The position numbers and the translations under genes were made by a program. DNA of 63,928 nt, the filler included, from Octopus bimaculoides (lineage: Eukaryota), in NCBI RefSeq assembly GCF_001194135.2. It is 6 parts of 6 records of this genome, joined end to end, with 100 filler letters (N's around TTAATTAATTAA, not from the genome) between each part and the next. Parts side by side here need not be neighbours in the genome. Positions count along the whole stretch, not along the records: positions 20,982 to 34,234 come from NC_068984.1; positions 34,335 to 58,041 come from NC_068991.1; 4 more parts are not named here. One strand, 5' to 3'. Shown here one piece after another: positions 23,131-37,249 of this stretch. Position 1 is the stretch's first letter. Every line of letters starts with the position of its first letter. Below the pieces are notes generated by a model. That model saw nothing but the letters and a program-made list of their open reading frames with translations, was not told where the DNA came from and made no database searches.

Positions 23131-26095
23131 GCCAGTTATAGGTTAGAAAATAAATTGTCATAACTTCAGTCGGATAATTAACTAGATAATTAACTAAATG
23201 GTTTGGGTCAAGAGGTTGTTATAGTTTGGTGGTGAGAATATGTCAGGATTACAATTGGATGTATCTAGTCAATGATACTGATATAAACAGTTAAAGTTGG
23301 TACCAGATTGAGTCTCTACTTTAATACTACTAGTGTGAAGATGATACAAGAGTACTTATAAACATTAGGCTTTTTCACTCTTCACTTGTTTGCTTCAGCC
23401 TGCGTTTTAGAAACCGAGGCATATAGTATTCTGAATAACTTGCACCAATAAACTCCGCTTGTCTCCCAAGAAACTGATTAACTAGACACTCTTTTTTTTT
23501 CACTTTCAAGTTTTGAATCTATTTATCCTTGTCAGTATCTTCTGAATATATACCTCACGTCTCAAAACTATTTTACTCACTTTTTAACCTTTTCTTTTTG
23601 AAGAAATCCAGTTAATTTCAACCTTAATCTCTACCAACTCCTTACCCATGTTTGCCCCACATAACTAAAACTCTTGATTAAAGAATCTTCATCAACTGTA
23701 GCACTGCATTCTGGTTTCTTTGACAAAATTTGAATTTAGCTGAGTCCTGCTACCCAATAATTATCCCCAACATCAACACCACACTTAGCTGAGCCCTGCT
23801 CAACAATCTCCAACCCAAACGTCTGTATAGGGGATTTTGAGTAGTAATCCAACAGATAAAATATATTTTCCACCACTTTTTCTCCAATTCTGTCTCCACG
23901 CAATAAATCCCCTTTCAAACTTCCCTTCGTTAAAATCTAATTTTCATGACAACGATTGTAATTTATTTGCAGAAATAAAAATGTGCTTCAACTCCAAACA
24001 ACATATTGAAGATGTAAAATTATTCTTTACTGAAATACTGCTCAATAATATTGTATATCATATCCATTCTTTACAAGCAGGCCTCTAGAGCATACGTCTT
24101 CACTAGCTTCTTTGCTCTCTCACTCTTTTCTCCATTTCTCTTGCTCTCTTTACCACTCTTCCTCACTCTCTCTCTCTCTCCCTCTCTCTCTTTCTTTCTT
24201 CTTTGCTTCCTTTCTCTCAATTTCCAACAGTGTCCGACTCTTTGATCTTACTAATTGTTTGTCACATTCAACTAAATCCATTTATTTTTTCACCTGCTAC
24301 TACTTCTGCTAAGTCAAAACTGTTTAATTCCCAAGATAAAACATTATGATTTTGTCTAACTGAACATTAAGCGTATGAGCCTCATTCAGCTCTTTCGCCC
24401 AGCTGAGGAATCCTGAAATTTGGTTTGCATTGTTCTTTTTTTCTCTATTTCAAATAAAATGCTTTCACAGTTAGAAACGATAATGTTTGTCTGCAAACAA
24501 ATTGTTTCTACATCATATTGGCATTTTACTCATTTTTTTATAACATGACAATCAATAGAAGTTAATGAAAATGTATTTCTATTGATTTTTATGAGTTTAA
24601 ACCATAACTTATCGGTGGCCAATGGATATGCTTTTCCTTCTGTTATTCAGAGTAGGTCGGCACTAAAGCGTATATTGTTAGATTCCAAGACCAATTTTTA
24701 TTTATTAATCTTCTTTGTCTACAGCTCAAAAAAATTCTCTGTGATGAAAACGCACAATGAAGATTAGTTTCGGGTTTAAATAAAAAATAAATCCATTTTT
24801 GTTTGCTTGAGTAAAGAATCTAAAATGCAATTTAAACAATTTCGTTAGGCACAAACATTTCTCCGATTGCTTCAACCCACCCATTTCATCAGTCCATCAC
24901 AAGAAAACAGCACATTTTAAACTTAGCTTCCATTTTCTAAACAAATATTTATCTTCGGAGATCTATCTTATGCCATGGAAACACACTTGAATGTAGTCTG
25001 CACCCAGGTAGTTGAGTCTCACTACTTCTGCAAATTACTAACTACCTTCACCTCCAACATAACAAAGGTGAGGAAAACTATCATTAAAAAGATCACCTTG
25101 GTTTTTTATCCCTCATAGAATCAGAACTGTTGGACATGCGCTCTGTTATACCACACACTTGTTGTTTATTACCTTTTCACATGCCGGCAAAATCATTGAT
25201 TTTTTTTGCTCTTAAATCAGTACAGACTACAACCATGATGCAGCATACGTGCTTATGAACACCATCCGTCTCTCATTTTTATTTAAATATACCACCCACA
25301 CCCAATCATCTTCGGTGTATCCAAAGATTTGACTTCGCTTTCTATACTTCTTTCGTACATTAAATCTTGTAGTCAATTTTAACAAAACATCTATGTACAT
25401 ATCTTCCTTCAGTTCTCCTTAATCTTCTACAGATAGAAGTGAGTGACATGCAATCTGGATACTCAAATCAGCTTTCATTGCTGCTGAAAGTAAAGACCTC
25501 AACCAAAGAAATTTCAGTGACACAAAGGCACAGTCATTATACAAATCGAGAAACTCTTATAACTCTACAATATCGTTGCGTTGATAATATTAAATTAAAC
25601 CTTCAAATTATTTACGAATTGTATTTATAGGCATTCAGCTGTGAATATAATTGAGTCTAATTATGTGTAACACTGTTACTGTGAACTTTTAACTTAAACA
25701 TACGTTTTTTTCGAGTGTGATTTACTAACATGTCAGTGAAGTACCCTATTGCCCTATTGGAGAAGTCTCTACTTTCCTTCTAACCTACGAAAAAAGTAAA
25801 ATACATTTGATTTGCTATTGATGTTCTTTAGCATCAGGTCATTCTTAACTGAGCAGACCTGTCCAATGTATCCTTTCATTTTTAAGATGGTAGAGTGTGA
25901 ATTAGATGAGATTCGGCTGCTATTTCAAACAAGTTAAGTGATCGCACAGGGACTCGATCATTGGTTTAGCATTTACTTAGATTAAGAGCGCTCCAACATA
26001 TCTTTACATATCCTTTCTTTATGATGAGCCTTCATCAAAATTTAAATAATTCTGTAAATTTTTAATGAAAGTTACTCCAAATTAATAGATAAACT

Positions 26096-26144
26096 GCTTT
26101 CTTTATTATTTGAACAGCTTTCTTTATTATTTGAACAGCTTTCT
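26096..26144. repeat. 21-bp perfect tandem duplication
   Basis: GCTTTCTTTATTATTTGAACA x2 plus GCTTTCT. Confidence 0.9.
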
Positions 26145-28199
26145 GTATAGTATATGCAAGCATCTTACAGAACACTGAAAAATTTGCAAGAAACTTTGGT
26201 TTCATAGAGAGAAATTACTCTTTTATGTGAAAATACGTTCAAACAAACACGAAGAATTATCAACTGAAATGATGCATCCTTGAAATTCTTGAATTTAAAA
26301 AAAACTAGAAAGATATATCCAAGTTTTATCATTGATAAATACTTGCAAACTTATAAATACACAACTGTAGTCAAGGAGACTAATATTATTTTGGGAACAA
26401 TCAAAATTCATTAAGGAAGATCAATTAATATAGCTTTTTCAATAAATTTCATGTGTATAGTAGTACTACACATAAATATGGTATTATCATTTCGGATACT
26501 GCTCTTAACAAGGTTATGAGATAATTGTAGGAAACGAGCCTAATTAAATAAATTGGTTGTAATATTAAGAGATCCTTCATTTACGAATTCAATACGAATT
26601 TTATTTCACTGATTTACAAAGGTGAGAGATGAAAAATATGTCCCAATGTATAGTAATAATTCGAAAGGTGAACCTCAAAAAGGGCATTTTAATTTCCGCC
26701 CGTCACCAGAAAGAGGCCAGTCATACAAATTATTTAAGCGCTGCAAAAAGTTAGCAGAAGTTAACATGATAACCTCTTTTTTTCTAATAGAGACACTAGA
26801 AACGGGAATCAATTTCAAAGGGTATTTTCGAGTCGAGTACATAAGGGACTTGAATATTTTATGAACCTTAAATTGGATAGAGCCATTCATATACCGAAAA
26901 AGAACAGCAATATCGCAAGCCAGAGATTAATCTTTTTTCTACGTTAAGAAAATGTTTTGTAGTTTTCAAGGTGGTTATAGTTGGCATATTTCTGTTTCTT
27001 CTGAGATAAATTATGTTCTAGTAAATAAATATGAATACAATATGACGTTTGTAATTTACGAATTAGTCTCGATAATTTTGAAAACCGGAAATACATGTAA
27101 TTAACATATATATAACAATTTATTAAGTTTACCTCTAAAATATATATATCTTATTTATTAGATATCAAATTTTTTTAAATATTGAGAAACATAATGAGAG
27201 AAATCCTCTAACAAATTTCGTTTAAAATTGTAATTAGATTTTATGATTAGATTAAATTTTTCTATGCATATGCTTTATATATTTAATAGTTTTTCATCAA
27301 AGCGATTTACAAATTATTTCTCACGAAAATAATTACCAACAAGATATATTTAATGATCTCTCAAAGCTCATTGATTTAAAAATAAATATTTTATAATGAA
27401 AAATGTTTGTTGTAACAAACTTTTTAAAAAGAATATTGTATTCCGGAGTAAAATAAAATGTTTTAATAAAGTTATTGATTTAAGTACACACTGTTTTTAG
27501 TTTTATTTGTTTGGGAAAAACCTTAATTATAGTCCAATAGAAAATTATATATTGTACTTTTTAATGGTTATTAGTGCTCAACATGCAAGTAAAGCATTTC
27601 CCAGTTTTCCAACATTTTCTCCAAAATTACAACTACGCACGTGATATATTTTCTCTAAATTATTTCCTATCTTCAAGGTATTTAAATGCTAAATCCTATT
27701 TTTCTACATACCAGAAAAAGGACGAAAATGTTATCTCATTACTTCTCTTATTTCCCTCCAAAGATACCCAGCCATCTGGCATTGCTTCATGAATCAACAT
27801 TAAATATTGTTCCTTGTCAGGTATAAAATATTCAGTTACTCGCATTTCAAAATCATATTTCCCTGGAATGAAATTTTAGAAATCTTGCATGACTTTTCTC
27901 CTAATATAAGAACTGATAAGCGATTACTCTTTCATGTGGCGTTTTCAAGCTTTAAAAACCTTTTAACAGATGCTTTATACCCGCTTATAGAATAAATTTG
28001 GGGCATCGAGACTCTTAGAAAGATTGATTTACAAGATGAGATAATAATCTCCAATCCATTATAAATTTAATTTTAAAATGAAATTAATATCAACTTGCTA
28101 CATATAACAAAAAAAGCTATCAAAACATTGGATACGAATAGAACACAAAAACTTTGAAAACCAAATATATCAATATTACAAAAGTTTTAATTATTTACT

Positions 28200-28740
28200 C
28201 TTAATTATATATTAGTCTTCTCTAAGGAAATTACCTGCTACTTCATTGACAACAATATTCCTTTTTGATATCCAAACTTCACACTCACCTCAAATAAATT
28301 GTCATAAAAGACATTTTAATAAAATAAACAGCATCAGGGCTCAAATGCCTCACATATCAACAAATAATCGTGCACTCCAGACTCGATAATCTTGAACATC
28401 TTAAACACCTTAAACATTCACTCTTAAATATGAACAGTGAATAATTAGAACCCTCAAAATCGATACCAATGCTAGGCTCCCATCGAAACTGAGATTATCT
28501 CCTGGTGAACGTACATCCTTAATATAACTAAAAGTGCGTTGCAAAAATTTGCCTTCTGAGTCAGAAAATACTTCACCACAACCCTAACGACTGGTAACCC
28601 TCTAAAAACCTAGATAAGATATTGCCCCCATGTAAGAGATGGTACTGCGGCAACACTTACAGTTATTACAGGCCGCAGCTGGCGAAAATCTGCTCTTATG
28701 ATAGGCATGAAGTTATTCATCTATATGCAACAACTTCTGA
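28200..28740 (-). mobile_element. possible piggyBac transposase relic
   Basis: In order on -: LLHID, ADFRQLRPVI, SPGDNLSFDGSL (cf. P..LS.DE.M), VFYDNLF (cf. FDNFF). Spacing is imperfect. Confidence 0.3.
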
Positions 28741-29900
28741 GGTGCTGGCTCACCCGTCTGCTTTTCAACCACTATTATAGTAGCTTCTGCTCTTCGATGT
28801 CAGCTGGTCACGTGCTTCCTCCAAAGTCGATACACGTATATCTATCTTTCTCTTCACTATGTTTAAAACGGTAAATGAATGTGTATTATTGGAAAACACG
28901 GTTCTAAAAAGAAAAGCTTTGGTGATATATGGAATTACAATTAAGGAATTGTAATTCTTAGATTTCTACTAAGAATTATAAACATTTAAGAATTGCAAAC
29001 ATAACGTGTTGTTCTAAACAAAGATACTGCTTAGAATTATGAGCAATAATTTGATGCACAATCCATTTCTTACGTAGTAATTCTAATTGGTTACAAAAAC
29101 TAATGCTTTCTGAAATTCAGTATTAGAATACTATGTTCCTTGCCCTTTTCATATGAGAAAGACAATATAAAGCAGAGACCGATATTATTGATTGTGAAAT
29201 ATCGATTGATAAATGATAATAAACCAATATTGAAATACGTTAGTTCCATGAAATTGGATTGACATTTAAAGGATTAAGAGACTAATAAGTGTCCCACAAC
29301 ATACTAAAATAATCGGTGAACTGAAAAGAAAGAGTAGTTGTACATATATGTGCAAGTACATTTTCATACATAATATCACAGATGCTCATGTGGCACACAT
29401 CATATTTTGTTAAATTCAGAAAGTACTAGAAATATTTCATAAGTATGTGATTTATATATGGAAGTATAAATGTGTATTCGTGTGTGGAGCATTTGCACAT
29501 TTAAGCACGCATATCTATATTAATATACATAAGTATATGTTACTATATTTCATGCTCACTAGATAATCCCTTTGTATAGGACTAACGTGATTTTTCTTGT
29601 TTCTGCATCAAGTAAATTATGCACTCTTACGGGCAACTCAGTAATTGTATAATTTACAGAATATCTGTAGCTGAAGGATTTGCAGAATACCGTGAACATT
29701 ATTTATTAAAGTAAAAATAGTGCAGGAATATATATCACTTGCCAATACCGTTTATTTTTGCAATGATTTTAGAGTGAATTTTAGAGTAAATTTGGGGCGC
29801 TTATTCCAAATACGATACCTGTTTTTCTAAATTAGTTATACACGTGTAAGCGTGCATCTACATATATGTAGACGGAATTCGTATCAGACACTGCTATGGT

Positions 29901-30960
29901 GGCGGCATCTTTAACACTTGCCGCTTGAAAGCCACATCAAAAACCCTCTCAACCACGGCGTACGAGATTGAGTATGAAGATGATTCAGCTGCCCCATCTC
30001 ATACCTCTGCCTCAACACATGACGAACTCAGTGAACATTGCCTATTCTCGGCTCGGTCTTCAAGTGAATCATTGCAAATTTGAAGTTCTCCAATCAACCT
30101 TCCAGTATTCACCTCCCCTTCAGTCCGTCCTTATTGATGATGTTCCTCCACTGCAGGCGGATTCATTCTACTAACTTGGAAGCACGATCTCTAACACTGG
30201 ACCCTTTAATGACAGGATACTTCGTCGAGTTAACTTGGCCTGTACACCTTTCAGGAGACTCAGTGAGTGAGTCTTTCGGAACAAGAACCTTAAAGCAAGT
30301 ACAAAAATCTCTGTATACCGAGCTGTCTGTGTATCAACCCTTCTGTACGAGTCTGTGTACTGAACCCTTTATCGGTGCCAGACCATGAAAATAGAAGTGT
30401 TCCATATCAGATCGTTCCAAAGTATCCGCGGCCTCAGGTGGAAGGACAAAGTACCTCATACTGAAGTCTTCTTGAGAGCTAACATCTACAGCGTTGAGGC
30501 CTGGATCCTTTGCTGTATTGGCCATGTGGTTCGGATGATGGGGAACTAGCTCTCAAAGATACTCCTCTTCAGCAAGATCAAGACTGGAGACAGGCCACAT
30601 GGACGTCCAAAACTTCGTTTCCATGATCATCTCAAGCGATCTCTCATTTTATGCGATATCCCTCTCAATCGGTAGGAGTCTCTGCTTGCTGCTCTGAAGG
30701 CATGGAGGTCCTGTGTAATGCTGAAGTAGAGTGCTTTAGATCCGTACGCAAGAGACTACATAAAGAGAAGAGACGTCGTCATCAACCTCCTGTGGCTGAT
30801 GTTCGGGGTCACTTTCAGTGCCGTCAGTGTCACAGGATCTACCTAAGTTGTATCGGTTTTGTCAACCACGTCTGCTCCCAAGAGAAACAATGAACTGGAG
30901 ACAGAGGAGGATAAATGTCTTGGATTGATCCTGTCATCGACTTGGATGGGCCATCATAAG
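29901..30960 (+). mobile_element. RTE (BovB-like) LINE, 5'-truncated, degenerate
   Basis: GIFNTCRLKATSKT...YEDD (YADD position), YRAVCVSTLLY, LRWKDKVPHTEVF, IGHVVRM, GRPKLRFHDHLKRSL, and the C-terminal zinc finger CRQCHRIYLSCIGFVNH. Confidence 0.9.
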
Positions 30961-33900
30961 CAACTATACATACATATATACATACATACATGCAATTCTT
31001 GCTCCAATTCGCCATAGTTCTTTCTTTTGTGGTTGCCTGGAAAGTTCTTGACTAATGAAACATAATTGTATCACTCCATAGCCTTATTGTTATTCAAGAA
31101 TTTTGTATAATTAGAATTTCTAATGAGTTTGCAAGTTTAAAATATCAACAGCTCCCTCTTTTAGTGTTTCAGTGCTCAGTGCAAGTGTTTTTTAATTAAT
31201 TCTGCCCTTTTTCGAGTCCTTAATAAATTTCATCATCAATCAAGCTTGGAATAATGATTTCAACTAGTAAACCATTCATTATGTTTTCTGCATCTTCAGT
31301 AATGTTTTTCCTTGAAGTGCGTATTACTTGTCTTTAATGATTTTATTTTCTACTATTTCATCAACAGCTGAATAATTTGTGAATCCATTTTGTTGCCCAA
31401 AGAAAGAAGTTCACCTCTTTAGATTAACACATATAAACTACAGATACTCATGACAATAAATCATCTGTAAGGCCAATATTAATATTTTCATACACTTCTT
31501 GAAATTTTATTGGGAGACCAACTGGAAGATATGAATAGTGGCTATCATTTTGAAGCTACCACAAAGGGTTGTCTATCAAAAAAGTCGTCAGTCTATTATT
31601 TGGGTTCGGTAAACTATTATTTTAGCTTCTAGCTTTAGACAGTTCTCTTCTTTTAGCATGGATGCTAAATGTTAAGATGCTTGACAGACTAAAACATCGT
31701 ATCAAATTACTTTCTTTTGGGAAAAGTTCTCAGGCGTTAAAGAGCTTCCTTTATTATATTCATATTCAGTGTTATCACCTGTGCTACACATCAAGTCCTA
31801 ATTTTCACCGAAATATGACGTTAGAACGTCTTCTCTATGTAGATCCAGTGATCTTCCTGATTCTAAATGTTTCATGCAGCGACTGAACATTCTTACATTA
31901 AAGCAAATAGCAACCACTGTAGTAGTTTGGAGTCTCCCTCCATAAGCAAAGCTTCCGTTGTCGTCATTATAAGTATACATTTATATTCTACACGGACAGA
32001 TTTTGCAAACCTTATGAGGCACCCATGACTTATATTTGTTATCAAGTTACTGTCCAAAATTTAAGATATGCTTTTTCACAAACCCAGTGACCTCTTCCTT
32101 TTGTTTTTACCACAACTATAACAACGCATTAGAAATATATAAGCAGCTTCTTCGTGATTAATTCGTATTAATCTGTAACAAAGATTAGGTTATATTGATG
32201 ATAAGATTATATTAAAGACTAGATTGGATAAAAGCAATAAAAAGATAAACCAAATCTTTCTGCATATATCAGCAACTATAGATCATATTGGGGTAAAATT
32301 GTTATTTATTTGAAGGTGATTCGCTAAATCAAAACCTAGAACCAATTTAGCAAAACTTAAATAATTTTTTAAGACTTGATACCAACAAATATCTTGAGTT
32401 CGTTCAAATATTCTTAACAATTAAGCTAACTTGTTAGGATGAAATGTCTGAAATTAATATTTCTGACTGAAAACTATGCAACTTCCCTAAGTCCATAGAA
32501 TATTTAAAACCTTATGTCCTAAAAATGTTCCTGTCCCCACCCAGTTTTACTGGGATTTAGCAATCTCGACATTTCTCTTATTAATTATTTTCATTGTATT
32601 ATCTGAATTTACAATTAAATTATTTGTAAATTGCGACACTATAAATGCACTAAATAGAATACTATGATTCCAAATTCTATAAACTTTCTTAATTTAAAGA
32701 GCTTTATTTGTAAATTTCAAAACAATCTTTTCCTACAATAAATTTTATACTACATTATTTACATTATTAATATCGTCGTCTTTAACACCGTATTTCTTGA
32801 ACTTTCAAAAGTACCTGTGCAATATAACATATCTTTTTCATATTTGCACCCTTAGCAACAAAACCTACTGCGTTACCGAGTTTTCCATGCAAAGACCCTA
32901 AATTGTAATAGTATTTTTGATCATACGTTCTCATTTACTTAGAGCTTAATTTTAATCATTTCTTATTATAATACTAAGACACATTATACCATATTCAGAA
33001 AAGTTATAAACAGTATCAACTTGACAAATCATCATCTGTGTGGAACAGAATGCTTGTGATGTTTAGCTACTCCGAATTCAGAGTACTTGTATTAGGTATA
33101 ATAATCTAAAAAGACACAGAATCGTTGGGATCCATTTCTTGATCATGTTCCCCTCCTTCAATTTCATTATAACGTAAAACAATCTTCGCAGAAGTGTAAT
33201 AGTGTATGTTTTATTTAATTCTGCATTGATAGATCAAGCAACAACTCCACCAAGAGATTTCAAGTAGTAACAAGTAGTACTTTTGTCAACATTCCTATGA
33301 AAAAAAAATATATATATATAAACCGACAGTTAAAGAAAAATGGTAACCACATTCGGCTCCGTTTGCTTGCTTTACTGTATATTTTATTGCTCCCTTGACA
33401 AGCTATTCATAATACCAGCCGTAGTTGTTCTGTTACCTCAAACTTCTAAAATATAGATATAAGCGGATCTTATTGAGACAAAAATAGTATATTTTATTCA
33501 AAATGTTTACTAATTCTTGATTATGAGCAAAGGAGTTCTGGATTTTTGACAACTTGTAATTGATTCCTTTGGCCATCTTCTTATCTCGTGCAAATTTATT
33601 ATTGGAGTCACTGACAAAAAATTGATTGACGTCATGCTCAATGAGAATTATGTAAAATCAATAATTAATAAATCAGGATTAGATTACTAAATCTTTAGTT
33701 TATTTCCCTCAAATGCTTTTCTAAAACATTTGTAATATAATTATTGTAACCATCAGCTCAACTTCACCTAACACTTTTTCATTCACTAGAGGATAAATTT
33801 TACAAGAATCGTTACTTAGATATAGATAAATCATCTGTTATTTGGTCATGGATTCGGTTATTTAACTTTGCGTGACCTCCGGCAACCATCAACACGTTGT

Positions 33901-34187
33901 TTACATGTATTATTCAAACTGAACCATTCGTTTCTAGTTATTTTAATTAAACATATTGATAAATATGCATCGCATGATATATTTCATGTCGTACTTCTTT
34001 TCTACAAAATAAAATAGATTCTCTCTTATCAATATTTCTCTAAAGATGTAAAATCTGCTCTTGAAGTCATTCATGCCTATCTACGTAGTCTTTCGTGTAT
34101 ACATATAATACATATATGTGCGTGTATGTATATATACAATCAAACAATTCAATTAAACGAGTAAAAACGGACATGAGTACATGAGTA

Positions 34188-34234
<47 letters not shown>

Positions 34235-34334
34235 NNNNNNNNNNNNNNNNNNNNNNNNNNNNNNNNNNNNNNNNNNNNTTAATTAATTAANNNNNNNNNN
34301 NNNNNNNNNNNNNNNNNNNNNNNNNNNNNNNNNN
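34235..34334. other. artificial gap linker
   Basis: 44N-TTAATTAATTAA-44N. Confidence 0.95.
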
Positions 34335-34798
34335 ATATATATATATATATATATATATACACCCACCATTCAAGAATACACACGTGTTTATAAATGGAAC
34401 ATTTATTGATATATGTGTGTGTGTATGTGTGTGTGTATGTGTTTCTCCATAGTTCTACATTGATAAAAGATGGCTGCATGAGCCATGTGGAACCGTGTAT
34501 CCGCGTTAGTGAGTAGGAGCATGTACACATGCTTGGATAAGTATATACTTCTGCACTGCTTCGCACCGCGCTCTCCTCTTCCACACCCTTCTCTTTCAGC
34601 ATATCTTATTCGTGTGTGAGTGTATGTGCGTGTGTGTATGCGCGTGTGTGTGTGCGTGCGTGCGTGTGTATGCGCATGTGTGTGTGTATGCATTTGTGTG
34701 TAAGTGTGTGCGCATTAAAATACCATTATTTTATGCTTGAGCATATACACTCCGATATACGCTCGCACTCATACTCTCGTTCACACACGCACACACAC

Positions 34799-34840
<42 letters not shown>

Positions 34841-34919
34841 GTATATATACACACATATATATATGTGTGTATATGCAAGTATAGAGATACAACACTATCT
34901 ACATATATAAAGACACACC

Positions 34920-34966
<47 letters not shown>

Positions 34967-35805
34967 ATTACTGTCATAGATGCCATTGTCTGTCTGTAGA
35001 ATCTTCCACTCGTCCATTGATTAAACTCCTCCATTTTATCAAGTATGCCATCGTAATGGATAATTTTTCCTTAAGCCAAAGTTAGTGCAGATTCTTCTCT
35101 TCCTCTTATTCCGAAATTGTTCCAATATTGGACAGTTTAAATTATCTTCAATATGGAGCTTCTTTTGAAATATTACACCAGAATGAAAGAAAAACAGAGT
35201 GTGGCACCAACCGTTTCTTGTTTTTGTCTCCTATATTCTTACCGCTTCCATATTAGTTCGAATTATTTGGCAAATCTAATGAGTTCCTGTTTTTTTTTTA
35301 TTCTGTTAAATTACTCTTTTAGAATGGAAAATGCATTCTGGCTGTCTAGTAGTGAAACTGGTTGACAAATTTAATACGTCGCTAATTCTGACAATGTAAG
35401 CATGAAGATACGGGTTCAAACCTTACTCAGATACTATTTCTGATGGTGTTTTTTTTTGTTTTTTTTAGTAATATTAAAATTCGTGTCCGCCTCCATTTCT
35501 GGCGGTTTCCACTCATAATCCTGGTTATAGTTGTTGTTCTTCTTTTCTAACCCCAGACTAGTCCTAATCGTGTAGACGGTCAACGGCTTTCCAGCTCTGA
35601 CTATCCCATCTTCTACCTATATCCAGGGAACTCAAGATTACATTATCCAGCGTGGTCTTTTCTGAGATGGTAAGGTGTATTTTCAGGAATAATTTACACT
35701 GCATACAAAAATATAGACACACTACATACAACTGCTTACAAAGATAGAGACTAATGTATTTTTTTTTATATGTTCATAATTTTTTGTTTGAAATATTGAA
35801 AAAAT

Positions 35806-36363
35806 ATGCCAACAAAGAAAAAACGTAATCTGTCCAGAAACACCTATAAAGCAAGGAGGTGGGGGCAGAAAACCGAAGGCGAGAGTCTCAAGTCATAAGG
35901 GACATGAGGCTTTCTCCACATCAGCGACGGCATGCTGCAGGCTGCAGTACGTCAGATGGTGTTTCAAGCCAGAAGAGACATGACACTTTCCAAAGATCAT
36001 CAAACGCATGCTGCAGCACGTCAAATACAGTCTCAAGAGAGAAGGGAGAGGAGATTTTCTCAAGATCAGCAAAGACATTCTGAAGCACTTAATACTGAAT
36101 CCTTAAAATAACGTTTAGCAGACCAGATTACACAGAGGTCCAATAGAATAGCTCTCGGAAACAGACCACATACAAATTTCGTTCTTCACAACACATGGAG
36201 CTGCTTTCAGACATGATCCATCCCATTCTTATAAAAATGATAATTCTGTCCAAATCGGTGTGCTAAACTCAAACTGTCGATTATGCAAAGCTTCAACATT
36301 TACTCCACAAATGTTTTGTCGATAATGCTGCACTTTCCTGCATTACCTGTTTCAACATAACTG

Positions 36364-36432
<69 letters not shown>

Positions 36433-36492
36433 ATATATATATATCCAAACTATGCCGTTCTAATTCCGAACAACGCCGGGTGTCTCTACTAG
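35806..36492 (+). mobile_element. internally deleted Helitron (RepHel N-terminus plus 3' terminus)
   Basis: ATG 35806 MPTKKKRNLSRNTYKARR; RxSxDxQxH/ERRERR repeats; AAFRHDPSHSY...VQIGVLNSNCRLCKA...MFC..FPALP zinc-finger-like region; (TA)n; then CCGAACAACGCCGGG hairpin and CTAG (36489-92) followed by T. Confidence 0.82.
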
Positions 36493-37190
36493 TAAGTTCC
36501 TATTTTTACCAATAATAATCGGTGCTCTTGGTTTTGTGAGTGAATGCCTATGTGACACTCTGGAAATCAATCATCTGATTTGCATATTACAAATACATTC
36601 TGTAAGCGGAACAATAAAAATATGCAAAACTTTTCTCAAGTTTAAAATGTGACATTGTTTTTGTTATCTACATTGCAACGATGGTGGGGGGGGGGGGGTA
36701 ATTTTGTTAGAAGCCATCTTCTTTCCCAGGGAAATAATTTAAATAATTAAAAACAGAATAGAACATACATGCATACATACGTACATTTGTATCCTTGGGT
36801 TTGTTGTTAAACATATTTGGATAAGTAGTCTATTCGAAACCGTGCTCCCAGACTTGAATACCACTGCAGCATCATTATCACTTCACCACAGCCTCAAAAA
36901 GAAACGCGTCTTTATTTAGTGAAGCGTTTAAACACGCGTGCACGCGCACACACATATGTAGACACACACAGCGGCACACATACATATGCACACACTAACT
37001 GAAACATGTATTTACAAATGCCGGGAATTGTCTGAACTGAAAAAGTCTCCTCCCTTTGTTAATGACCAGCTGAAAATTCCATAAAGAAGAACTTAAATAA
37101 ATATCAAAGAAAAACATGTACATTATTTGTACATACATAAAGAGAATTTATGTGCGTGTTTGTGTGTTTGTGTGTGTGTGTGTGTGTGTA

Positions 37191-37249
<59 letters not shown>

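Noticed and set aside
22985-23146. + strand peptide TPPNIVSRVQSLRDKAEISGFADFDYMSVWTWLRRKY
   Set aside because: No start or usable splice sites; better explained as the antisense of the candidate Penelope RT relic.
26622-26890. 80-aa ORF or piggyBac cysteine-rich C-terminus
   Set aside because: The required Cys pattern is incomplete; likely a chance match.
37010-37075. - strand acceptor TTTTCAG|C that would complete the phase-2 codon of the 43909 exon
   Set aside because: A stop follows within 20 codons, the donor is weak and there is no homology support.
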